Virus record (IMG/VR): IMGVR_UViG_3300033066_001917
Location: 32,001-96,000 of that record
Strand: one strand, 5' to 3'
DNA length: 64,000 bases
Origin: a virus
Taxonomy: Duplodnaviria > Caudoviricetes
Under the pieces are notes generated by a model. It saw only the letters and a list, made by a program, of their open reading frames with translations. It was not told the DNA's origin and searched no databases. Position 1 is the first letter of the stretch. Every line of letters begins with the position of its first letter. Made by a program: the position numbers and the translations under genes. Positions 43,708-53,215 of the stretch are shown here, piece after piece.

Positions 43708-46700
43708 CCGTAACATTTGTATCTCCGGATGGCCTGGATAGGGAACACCTAGTTTTCAGCACCACGTCCGGGACTCGCTTTTTTCACGGGACCGTACCAT
43801 CAGGAACCGTCGATATCTTAGTATCCCTCCGCGGTGGTGCCTACACAACGGATCCATCTCTGGTGTATTTTGATGGTGGTACATCTTTCACCATCCCCAA
43901 TCCTTCTGCTTTCCCTAATGGTCTGGATCTCTTTGGGGGCGAGAACGTCATCGGAGCTAAGGCTGTTTCCCTTACGGGAGGGTCCTCTCTTCCTGCTACG
44001 GCAACCGTTTATCTTCTTCCATCTGGTGCTACACCTTTTCCACCCCCCTCTGGCATCTCTGTTGTTCGAACAGATTCCTCCGTTGTCATCCGGGCTCGTG
44101 GTTTGGATGATTCTCGCATTACGGGCTACAATTTTTACGCCTCTTTGGAGCCAGGAGGGGGGGTTGCGGGTTACACAAGATTGAATGTATATCCGGTTAC
44201 AACCTATGAGTCTTCGGACCTCACTTCTACGCTCTACACACTAACATCAAACAACCCCGTTGGAGCCGCCGACCCGACTTATGTTCGGGCCATTATACGA
44301 CAAGAAAACAGTTCCGAGGTGGTTCAATCTACGGACGTTGACAGTAGAGTTGAGATTCCGGATGGTGTTTCTACCCTGGCAACCTTAGTGACGCTTTCAT
44401 CAGTGGAAAGGATTCGTACCTATTCTTTCACCCACAATCGTCTGTTCAATGAATCCAGCGATCCAGCCACTATATTCGTGGGGTCCTTTGCTTCTCTACC
44501 GCCCTCTCAACCTCTATATTATGTGGTGACTGCCGTCTATTATGACGCGGTGACCGGCATCGAGTATGAGTCCTACTTCTCAACCGAAGTTGTCGCGAAC
44601 CCCGTTGATGTGAGGATTGCAACGACTGGTCTCCCTGTTGTTTCCAGGCAACAGGTTCTCCAGAATGCCGTTACTTCTATCTATGGTCGCAACAGCACCG
44701 TGGCAATTCAGCCCGGGAGTGTAATTCGGGACACCGTTCTTGACCCTTTCGCTACTGAAGCCGAGAGGCTGAGGTTTATCGTTGATTTCATGTATCGAGC
44801 AAGTTCGTTTGATACCTTGCTGCAAATCGACGATCCAAATGGCACTGGTGTAAGCATTCAGCCCACATCTTCGGCCTATAAAACTGCTCTGGCTTCTGCT
44901 TTCTTTCTTAGTAATCCTGCTGATGTCCAGCCCATTATTGATGGGGCATTTGATAAGCTAGCAGCAAATTTCGGTGTTCCCAGACCATCGGGAGAACGTG
45001 CTATTGGTGAGGCTAGGTTTTATACCCCGGTCACCCCCACCCGCACTTTAAGTGTTCCACTTGGTACTCGTGTCTCGGGTGGTGGTGTTCAATTCCGAAC
45101 AACCCGTGCCGCCGAGCTCCCACTGGAAAGTTTGGCTAGTTATTACAATCCAGTTACCAGAACGTATTCGGTCACCGTCCCCATTCAGGCGGTATCCGTG
45201 GGATCCTCTGGGAACTTGGATCGGGGGGCAATTCGATCCGGAGCTCCTTACGGTTTCAGTGTCACCAATGATTCAGAGACTTTTGGTGGGATGGATGTAT
45301 TTTCCAACGCACAGTTAGCCGCCCTCGCTCGCAGCGTCCTATCTTCCGTGGATACGGGCACGGCACAAGGGTACAGACAAACCGCGGCTCGTACTCCGGG
45401 TGTTATTCAAGTCGCCGTTGTAGGCGCCGGAAGTCCCTACATGCAGAGGGACTTTATCAATGGATCGCATGTGGGCGGCAAAGTGGATGTATGGACACAA
45501 GGGGTTAGGACATCCACAATTACCGACACTTTTGCTTTCTCATATCAGACAAAAAGAGACGTGCAATTTGTCGTGGTTGGGGATCCTCTGCTATATCAAT
45601 TTCGAGCAATAGATCCTAACCTGTCCCCATCGAACCCGCTAGCTCAAATGCTAGATTATCCTTCCTTGGGTCTTGGATTGAAAAACATTACTACAGGACA
45701 GGAATTTGACCTGACGGACGTAGAGATTGTTTCTTTCGACACAATCCGTCTGTCTACTGCCGTAGGGGTGGTTCAACCGGGGGTGACACTATCCGATGTT
45801 GTACTCGGTGACTTCCGGTACAGAATTGGAGACAAATATATTTTCTCCCGACAGCCGGTATCTTACGTGGCCTCTGTTGTTGGCGAGGAAAGTGGCGCGC
45901 TAGATGGTAGCACTTTTTATTTGGTTCACCCTAATAGTCCATTGGGTCTTGGGCGATCCACGAAAGCCGGAGATTATCTCCAGGTAATCTCCCCAAGTAC
46001 CAGTGGGGCTGTTGGGGCTAGTGGTCGTCTCATCACGGAGAACAACGAGCTTCATGTTCTTACCGGATTTTATGTTGAGTATGTGTTTGCATTGGGGGCT
46101 GATCCCCTTTCTCTAGTTGTTAAAGACAGTACTGGGACTACCACATACCTCGGGCCGCATACTCCTACCGGCACGCCAGACTATGAGATCGTTGAGGGTA
46201 CTCAAACAACACCCCTTGGAATTCGGCGGACAACTTCGAGCGCTATTCCGGATGGGGGTAGTGTTCTTATTGATTATGTCCACGACGAGAATTTTGTTGT
46301 GACATATCAAGTGAATCTTGTCACATCATCTTTGCAGGCAAATCTGGATACTTCCAGACATGCCACGGCCGATGTTCTGGCAAAAGATTCCATTCAAGTT
46401 CCTGTTAATATCGCGGCTACCGTTGTTCTTCAGCGGGGTGCTTTGCAGAGTACGGTGGATCAGACAATTCGTGATAACTTGCAATATCTTGTGTCGAACC
46501 TTCGGCTGGGGACTCCTTTGAGGCGTAGTGATGTTATCTCCGCGATTGATCAATCCTCCGGGGTCAGTTATGTTATTGTTCCACTCACAACCATGGCTAG
46601 AGCTGTTGGATCTACAGTTTCAAGAGAAGATATTGTCACTTCCGATCTTGGGTCATACACGCTTATCCCAGCGTGGTCCACATCTTCGGTACAAACGTGG

Positions 46701-47126
46701 TTGCTTACTAGAGGCTTAAGCTCTCCTCCGTATCCGGGGGGTGCACCTACTGGGGGCTTTTCCGGGGTTTTTCAGGACGATGTAAGTCTTATTCTGCAAT
46801 CTTCCAACCCCGAGCAACTGTCACAGGGTTCGGGTAGGGCTTACATTCAGGGGGATTCAGGTATATCAATTCCCGGTTATTCGGACGATGCTACCCTTCG
46901 GACTTTGGGGTATGTGACTCCCACGGAGATCCAACAAGCTAGGTATGATCTGACAAAAGGTAGAATTCTACTTTCCTTGCCTTTGGGGGATTCACCTTCC
47001 AATCACGACTATTGGGTTACTTATATTGTGGCAACGTCCTCCGGGGACCACGACATTGCCCCGACTCCCGTAGAGTATCTCGTTTTAGGTGATGTGTCTT
47101 TCACCTATGACGAAGATAGAGTATGA
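43704..47126 (+). CDS. baseplate wedge protein (baseplate J / gp6-like)
   Basis: PGSVIRD, DKLAANFGV.R...A.G..F, VPLGT.V....F.T, G..GN, GG.D, GGKVDVW. Confidence 0.82.
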   Translation: MTVTFVSPDGLDREHLVFSTTSGTRFFHGTVPSGTVDILVSLRGGAYTTDPSLVYFDGGTSFTIPNPSAFPNGLDLFGGENVIGAKAVSLTGGSSLPATATVYLLPSGATPFPPPSGISVVRTDSSVVIRARGLDDSRITGYNFYASLEPGGGVAGYTRLNVYPVTTYESSDLTSTLYTLTSNNPVGAADPTYVRAIIRQENSSEVVQSTDVDSRVEIPDGVSTLATLVTLSSVERIRTYSFTHNRLFNESSDPATIFVGSFASLPPSQPLYYVVTAVYYDAVTGIEYESYFSTEVVANPVDVRIATTGLPVVSRQQVLQNAVTSIYGRNSTVAIQPGSVIRDTVLDPFATEAERLRFIVDFMYRASSFDTLLQIDDPNGTGVSIQPTSSAYKTALASAFFLSNPADVQPIIDGAFDKLAANFGVPRPSGERAIGEARFYTPVTPTRTLSVPLGTRVSGGGVQFRTTRAAELPLESLASYYNPVTRTYSVTVPIQAVSVGSSGNLDRGAIRSGAPYGFSVTNDSETFGGMDVFSNAQLAALARSVLSSVDTGTAQGYRQTAARTPGVIQVAVVGAGSPYMQRDFINGSHVGGKVDVWTQGVRTSTITDTFAFSYQTKRDVQFVVVGDPLLYQFRAIDPNLSPSNPLAQMLDYPSLGLGLKNITTGQEFDLTDVEIVSFDTIRLSTAVGVVQPGVTLSDVVLGDFRYRIGDKYIFSRQPVSYVASVVGEESGALDGSTFYLVHPNSPLGLGRSTKAGDYLQVISPSTSGAVGASGRLITENNELHVLTGFYVEYVFALGADPLSLVVKDSTGTTTYLGPHTPTGTPDYEIVEGTQTTPLGIRRTTSSAIPDGGSVLIDYVHDENFVVTYQVNLVTSSLQANLDTSRHATADVLAKDSIQVPVNIAATVVLQRGALQSTVDQTIRDNLQYLVSNLRLGTPLRRSDVISAIDQSSGVSYVIVPLTTMARAVGSTVSREDIVTSDLGSYTLIPAWSTSSVQTWLLTRGLSSPPYPGGAPTGGFSGVFQDDVSLILQSSNPEQLSQGSGRAYIQGDSGISIPGYSDDATLRTLGYVTPTEIQQARYDLTKGRILLSLPLGDSPSNHDYWVTYIVATSSGDHDIAPTPVEYLVLGDVSFTYDEDRV

Positions 47127-50100
47127 CCGAGCGAAACGAAACAGGCATTGACCATATCATCCCTGAAAGCGTACGGGGACCCGAACCGCAAAATCCAGTT
47201 GTTGGTGAAGGGCAGACTTATCTGGACAGAGTTTCGGCTTTGTCTGGACAAATTGTCAATGTTTTCCTCAATAGCCTTCCGTCAAACTATGTCTCGGAGA
47301 TTGAGGGGCCGAATTATGTTGCTCATTTCCGCGCTGTAGCCGAAGAACTAGCACGCATCCAACTGACTTTGACGGATGCTTATGAAGATACAGACTTTGA
47401 TTTCACGCGATCCGAGGTCTTATTCCAATTCCTTGGTTCGTTGGTTTTCCCGGACGGTGAAACAACAGGAATCCCGGATCCAACATCTTTGGTGATAGGT
47501 GGGGTTCAAGGGGGGGACACGGCTTACCGATCCTTCCTCAAGCGGATGGTGACCCTCCTCCTTAAGGGAAGTAAAGCATCTACGGTTTTAGAGGGCATTC
47601 GGGCTTTGACGGATGCCGAGATCAATCTTTTGGAGAGGGCTCGGCATATCGGCCAACCCGGTGTCGGTTGGGTTTCCGAAAAGGATCAGTTCACAGTCGA
47701 TATTGAGGTTTCAAAGCACCGTAGGACTTCTCCTACCGAGGCATCAGGTGTTTTGCGCCATTACCACCCTGTAACAGTAGACAACGAAGGCAACGGGGTA
47801 TCCGGAGAGGCCGTTTATGACGCTGGGTCCGGTCCTACTCATACCCACGCAATAGAGTCCTGGTCCGTTCTTCGATCCAATGGAACGGGTCAACCTAGCC
47901 ACACACACTTTTTGTTGTCCGATTTTGCAACGGCACCGTTTGCTTTGCAAACTAACGTACCTTTGGTTACTTCCGCTTTAGGACCCGGAAGTGTTCTCTA
48001 CACATACACCAACCTATTTCGTGAAATTCTAAGTCCCGTTGTGGCTGAGAGCACACCTACGTGGGACCTGTCCACCTACCGATACGAAGACCTTAGGCGG
48101 AATTGTTATGGGTTGGCTTACATTTCCAATACGGGTTCGATTCTGGCAGGCCGGTATCTTTTTAGCGACCCCCAAGCCAGCTTCCAGAATATATCGTTGG
48201 GATCTGAATTGAAGTTGACTTCTGGCCCCAATGCCGGTAACTATGAGGTTGCGGAAATCCTCACATTTCCATACGGGAATGATCCGGATCATTTATATCC
48301 CTACACTACTTCCCCTACGGGTCTCTCGGGGTATCTTACGGTTAACGATGGTGCCCTAACGGACACGTCACAGAATTTCGGTCTGGCCGTACCCAACGAG
48401 CTTTTGACCATTACTTCTGGCCCCAACGCCGGGACCTATCGCCTTTCGATGCTTCTGGGACCCACAGGGGGACCCGTGGGTGTGCCTATTGGTCCTTTGG
48501 CTACCACTGGCCCAGCAACATCTGTAACGGTCTACCCCTCTATTCTTCGGTCTAGAACCAGATTCCCTCAAACTGGGTCCGCGATCCCCTATCAGCTAAC
48601 GGTGGACCGACTGGGCCGCAATGAAATTCAGGTGGTTACTGGTGAGGACGTTTCTTCTCAGTTCTACACCCCTGGTGGCCCCTTTGATACCATTCTAACA
48701 TCCCACGGACCCTTGGTGAGATTGGATGGTAGTCCCGCCACTATCCGAGATGTTACGGTGACAGTCAATGGGAGTCCCGTATCCGTAAATTCGGTCAATC
48801 CGATCACAGGACAAGTGACTCTTTCCACACCACAAGCCGGGGCGCTTCCGGGGGGGATAACCGTTCTGATCTCCTATCGGTGGGTTGGAATCACTAAGGT
48901 ACCCTTGAGGGGGTTAAACAACCCTGGGTTCAACATTGGTCGGTGGGATTATAGTGGCACATCTCTTACCGGCAGATTTAGGGTGGGGGTTGTTTTGGGC
49001 GTTGGGTCCAGGATGCCACAACCCAAAAGAATAGCTCACAGGTATCTTGGGTTTGAAAAACCCTACACCGCTTCCCTCAACAGTCCAACAACGTTGCGGT
49101 TGAATAACGCTCCGGGTAGGTTTACGGTTGAACCGGCCGAGAATAGCGGGGCTACCTCCTCCTGTAGGTTCCTGCACGGGGACCAAACGCCATCTCAACA
49201 GGGTTGGGTATCTGTTGGGAATTTTACGGGTACGGAGGGTCAAGCGTCCTATGGGATTACCAAACCCGTGGCACCTTCCGTGGCCTACTGGAAGGGCCCT
49301 TTACCAACACCCACTTCCTCAAATGTGGCCGTGGCGGCGAGGTTTACTCCTGGGGTTGGTGTTGCCGATGGTGTGTTTTCTGGTTGGGGTTTTGGTTTTC
49401 ACGATGATGATCACCTATTTTTCGCCGGGGCTTTGATTGTTCCTAACGATGCAGATGGCGTATCCCTTCGACATCTTGGGATTCTAGTTCGACCCGGGGA
49501 TCCGTCTCAAGTTGAATCCTGGGTGGTTGGTCCATTTGCAGAAGGTGTCGTGCGCGGCCGATCCGGATCTAACGTTGTTACTTTCAACACGGAAGAGATT
49601 CCAACTTTACTTTCTGTCGGAGATAGATTCCAAATCAGATCGGGTGCCCAGGCTGGCACCTACACTATTGTTGATGTTTATTCCGCTAACGGCACAACCA
49701 CGGTTCTAACCAACCCTGCTTTCCCTGCAAACCCAGAGATTTTTGGGAACCAGAGGATCCTTGCTACGTTTGAAGTGAGGTGGGACGTTGGATCTCCAAC
49801 CTGGAGGTTGATTTTCAACACCCGAACTAAATCCACGACTCTCTTCTATGGTGGAGCCTCCGGATGCCAACTAACGAATGGCACATCTGTACCAGCCAAC
49901 CCTTCCGCCTTAGGTCCGGATGTTGTTTTGGGTTCAGGGGGATCCGTTTTGTGGGGGTCGCCCAGCCGCCTAGCTTCCGGGGATTCGAATTGGGTATTTG
50001 TTCGCGCAACATCATCCCCCGATGGATATGAGCAATTTTCGAACGGGGCTATTGTTAATACCCTGATGACCGAGTCCCCAGAGGATTCCGGTTGGTACCC

Positions 50101-52516
50101 CACCACTCCCTTTGGTTACCCTTCCCTATCCGGGGGGTCACTGACTATTACGAAGCCACCGGCTTCCGGTCCCCTAGGAACCAGTTATGGTTATCGGTAT
50201 GACGATCCGTTTTTAACGGATCGTCGGGTGGTTGCTTTTGATGCTAAACTATCAGTTTCTAGGGACACGTCCGGATCCGGCGGGGCCTCACTGGTTCTTA
50301 ACAACGGCAAAAGAGAGGTTCGCCTAGGTACCATCCTTTATCGTGATGTCTCCACTACCCGGGAGATTTTTGAGGTACCCTCCATTTCTCTAGTTGGATC
50401 GGTCGGTTATGGATCTCAAGATTGGGTTGGATCCGGAGCTGACACCCCCAATGTCTACCCCAATGGTCATGAAGTTCTCTTGGGGTCAACCTCCACAGGA
50501 TGGTCTATAGCTGCTCCCTACACCTCTCTTTCGGGTGTGGATGGTCGGTTTCTGGAATGGGTTTTGGGGGTGGGGTCCTACACGCCTGGGGTGAATGGTC
50601 GTATTGGGTTGTCTCTCACAATGATGGCAGGGGGAAGGTCTGTCGTTGCAGATTTTGCGTTTGTTAGTGGTGTGGCCCGGATTAGTTTAAGGGGCACACC
50701 AACAGGAGCCAGTGTTGCTACTTACAACATCCCCTGGTCTGATGGTGTTAGACGCATATATCGACTTGAATATGATGGGTCTACTACGATTTCCTTTTAT
50801 GTGGATGGTGTTCTAGCTGGCACTTCGGCTCTATCCTCGTATACAGCATCGTCTGAAACCGGAGCAAAGATTGCCTACACTAGATCGTCGTTGGTGGATA
50901 CTTGCAGGTTTGAGGCAACTCTGTTTTCCCTTTGTTACTCCTCAACTCTTGATGGGGTATCCGGTCTTGGGAGGACTTTTGGGCTGTGGCTGGGAGGTGA
51001 TCCTCTAGATATCAACCAATGGAGAATTCCACGTTCAGATGGCACGGATTATCCAAACAGTGATGCCACGAACGCAATTCCGGTACCCATGGACTGGCGA
51101 TCTCAGTGCTGGGTGCGGATTTTCATGGACCCAACTTTTGGGGCCTCTTTTATCCGACCAGATCAAAACCCACCCCCTGGATACATTGGTGATTTTGCTA
51201 CCCAATCAATGAACCCCTCTGCCGGGTGGGCCACGATAGATTATGCCGAACTACCGCGCTCTTCCGTGTCTAGAGAGTTCGGTCACGCTTCTTTTGGGCC
51301 ACTCAATCCGAGCGCCTCCACCATTCAAAGCTGGGACGAGGTCAAATACCAACTCTTCACCTATACCTCGGTTCAACGAAATGCGCCGAGAAGGATGGTA
51401 CTTGGGTGGCGTTCGCTGATTTCCAGCGGTGATTACTTGCGAGACACAACACCGGAGGTGGTTGTTATTGCTTCGGATACAACCACCGTCGTTGATCTGA
51501 GAGCATGTGACATTGCTGTTGACCGGGTGTTTGTTGTTGCCGTAGACGGTGTGATTGTTCCAACCTCGGGTTGGTTGTTCAATAGGCAAACGCAAAAGCT
51601 TACTCTGACAACTCCGCTCCCCTCGGTTGGGTATCCCGTTCAGGTTACATTTGCCGCTGGTTTGCCCGCTACTGTTACCTCTTTGCAGACTCAACCCCTT
51701 CGAGAGTCCAACACAATTCTGAATGAAGGCACACCGCCTGTTCCATCCGGTCAAACCGGGTCTTGGACAGTCACAACGGTATCCGGAGACGGGGGGCCAA
51801 CACCGGCTTTCCCCCCCGCTATCCCCAGCAATCCAAGTTACTTTCTTAGAGACCAGTATCTGGTACGTCAGTTCAATGACGACCCCGTTGCTCGCCCTTA
51901 CGACAGGTTGGATTTTTTTCAGCTATCAGAGGGAACCTCTTTACCCCTGTCTGGTCCCTGTGACAATTGCGGCACACCCACCGGGATTGCATTGTCAGGA
52001 ACGATGTTCTCCGAACATTTTGGCCCTGGGGTTGGGGACGGGCTGTTTGGTGGGATGCTTATGTTATCCGGAGGGAGCTCGATTGCGGGTGGTGTTGTGG
52101 GGCCCGCTGTTTACTCCGGTCCATTTTCCCCAGGATTACCGTGGTCTGGTCCCCTACCACCGACTACGTATCCAGTATTGACAGGACCAGAGATATTCTG
52201 GGATATGTCTTTTTCAGGATCCGAAATTTGGGGTGGGACAACGGATCAAAACTATGCCTCTAATGGTCCGGCAGCGGTAAGCCCATCGGTGGTTGGTTCA
52301 CTCAATGGGTCCGTGTGGTCTTCCATGGTCATTTCCTCCGAGTATTCGAGGTTGGCCCCCTGGTCCGGTTACGCGGAAGACTTGAGTACCATGTCATTTC
52401 TTTATGGTGGAAGTTCTCTCCAGCCTTCCGGGATACCGGACTCCGGTGATGGTATGGTGCTCTTTGGTGGATCCCCACTCCCGGCGGATAATCCCGCGGT
52501 GGTGACTATCCTATGA
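47123..52516 (+). CDS. large baseplate/tail structural protein (1797 aa)
   Basis: N-terminal LPSNY...YRSFL...LL.GS resembles baseplate I/gp7-like proteins; G/S/T-rich beta-type body. Confidence 0.7.
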   Translation: MTERNETGIDHIIPESVRGPEPQNPVVGEGQTYLDRVSALSGQIVNVFLNSLPSNYVSEIEGPNYVAHFRAVAEELARIQLTLTDAYEDTDFDFTRSEVLFQFLGSLVFPDGETTGIPDPTSLVIGGVQGGDTAYRSFLKRMVTLLLKGSKASTVLEGIRALTDAEINLLERARHIGQPGVGWVSEKDQFTVDIEVSKHRRTSPTEASGVLRHYHPVTVDNEGNGVSGEAVYDAGSGPTHTHAIESWSVLRSNGTGQPSHTHFLLSDFATAPFALQTNVPLVTSALGPGSVLYTYTNLFREILSPVVAESTPTWDLSTYRYEDLRRNCYGLAYISNTGSILAGRYLFSDPQASFQNISLGSELKLTSGPNAGNYEVAEILTFPYGNDPDHLYPYTTSPTGLSGYLTVNDGALTDTSQNFGLAVPNELLTITSGPNAGTYRLSMLLGPTGGPVGVPIGPLATTGPATSVTVYPSILRSRTRFPQTGSAIPYQLTVDRLGRNEIQVVTGEDVSSQFYTPGGPFDTILTSHGPLVRLDGSPATIRDVTVTVNGSPVSVNSVNPITGQVTLSTPQAGALPGGITVLISYRWVGITKVPLRGLNNPGFNIGRWDYSGTSLTGRFRVGVVLGVGSRMPQPKRIAHRYLGFEKPYTASLNSPTTLRLNNAPGRFTVEPAENSGATSSCRFLHGDQTPSQQGWVSVGNFTGTEGQASYGITKPVAPSVAYWKGPLPTPTSSNVAVAARFTPGVGVADGVFSGWGFGFHDDDHLFFAGALIVPNDADGVSLRHLGILVRPGDPSQVESWVVGPFAEGVVRGRSGSNVVTFNTEEIPTLLSVGDRFQIRSGAQAGTYTIVDVYSANGTTTVLTNPAFPANPEIFGNQRILATFEVRWDVGSPTWRLIFNTRTKSTTLFYGGASGCQLTNGTSVPANPSALGPDVVLGSGGSVLWGSPSRLASGDSNWVFVRATSSPDGYEQFSNGAIVNTLMTESPEDSGWYPTTPFGYPSLSGGSLTITKPPASGPLGTSYGYRYDDPFLTDRRVVAFDAKLSVSRDTSGSGGASLVLNNGKREVRLGTILYRDVSTTREIFEVPSISLVGSVGYGSQDWVGSGADTPNVYPNGHEVLLGSTSTGWSIAAPYTSLSGVDGRFLEWVLGVGSYTPGVNGRIGLSLTMMAGGRSVVADFAFVSGVARISLRGTPTGASVATYNIPWSDGVRRIYRLEYDGSTTISFYVDGVLAGTSALSSYTASSETGAKIAYTRSSLVDTCRFEATLFSLCYSSTLDGVSGLGRTFGLWLGGDPLDINQWRIPRSDGTDYPNSDATNAIPVPMDWRSQCWVRIFMDPTFGASFIRPDQNPPPGYIGDFATQSMNPSAGWATIDYAELPRSSVSREFGHASFGPLNPSASTIQSWDEVKYQLFTYTSVQRNAPRRMVLGWRSLISSGDYLRDTTPEVVVIASDTTTVVDLRACDIAVDRVFVVAVDGVIVPTSGWLFNRQTQKLTLTTPLPSVGYPVQVTFAAGLPATVTSLQTQPLRESNTILNEGTPPVPSGQTGSWTVTTVSGDGGPTPAFPPAIPSNPSYFLRDQYLVRQFNDDPVARPYDRLDFFQLSEGTSLPLSGPCDNCGTPTGIALSGTMFSEHFGPGVGDGLFGGMLMLSGGSSIAGGVVGPAVYSGPFSPGLPWSGPLPPTTYPVLTGPEIFWDMSFSGSEIWGGTTDQNYASNGPAAVSPSVVGSLNGSVWSSMVISSEYSRLAPWSGYAEDLSTMSFLYGGSSLQPSGIPDSGDGMVLFGGSPLPADNPAVVTIL

Positions 52517-52529
52517 TTCAGGGCATTCA

Positions 52530-53183
52530 ATGAACCTAAACTACAAAGATACTGTTGTTGCTCCCAAAGATGCTGTTCATCACATGATGCACATCCATGA
52601 AGATGAGGTTGTTCGAAAACCAAAAGGCCACTTTACCCTCGAACTTCGCGATCTAAAGGGCAATCTTTTGGACCGAAGGGAATCCGACAACATCATCACT
52701 TTAGACTGTGGTGTTTTTTCGGCTATGCATTTTGCAGCGGGTCCCAACCCATCACCCGCCGTTAGCGGATTAACCATGCTGTGTGTCGGGTCCGGGGCTA
52801 CGGGCTCTATTTTGAGTCCGGACTCTCCAGACCCGAGGCAAAGAATGCTCAATGCCGAGGTAACTTTGGGGCGTAAGCCGGTCACTGCCATTTATCGGAC
52901 AGGATCCGGAGCAGTTTCGTCCGTTCCTACTCACGTTGTAGATTTTACCGCCACTTTCGGAGAGGGTGAGGCCGTGGGACCCCTGAACGAAATGGGGCTG
53001 CTTCGTACGATTTCTCAAAACCCTCTAGTTCGAACACCAATTACACCCACCCCTGTTTTCCCGGCCTATGACCCTACGGTTAACCTTACTTTGTTCGATG
53101 TGATGATAAATTACGGTACCTTTGGTGTTATTACCAAACCGTCTGCGGCAAGTTTATCTTTTACATGGCGACTGACCTTCTGA
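52530..53183 (+). CDS. tail fibre / baseplate-attachment protein
   Basis: NIIT...VGSG...L..E..RK...F.ATFGEGEA.GPLNEMGL...ITK...L.FTWRLTF. Confidence 0.72.
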   Translation: MNLNYKDTVVAPKDAVHHMMHIHEDEVVRKPKGHFTLELRDLKGNLLDRRESDNIITLDCGVFSAMHFAAGPNPSPAVSGLTMLCVGSGATGSILSPDSPDPRQRMLNAEVTLGRKPVTAIYRTGSGAVSSVPTHVVDFTATFGEGEAVGPLNEMGLLRTISQNPLVRTPITPTPVFPAYDPTVNLTLFDVMINYGTFGVITKPSAASLSFTWRLTF

Positions 53184-53215
53184 GTATTCTTCTATTCCCC
53201 GCAGAGGACTGACCC

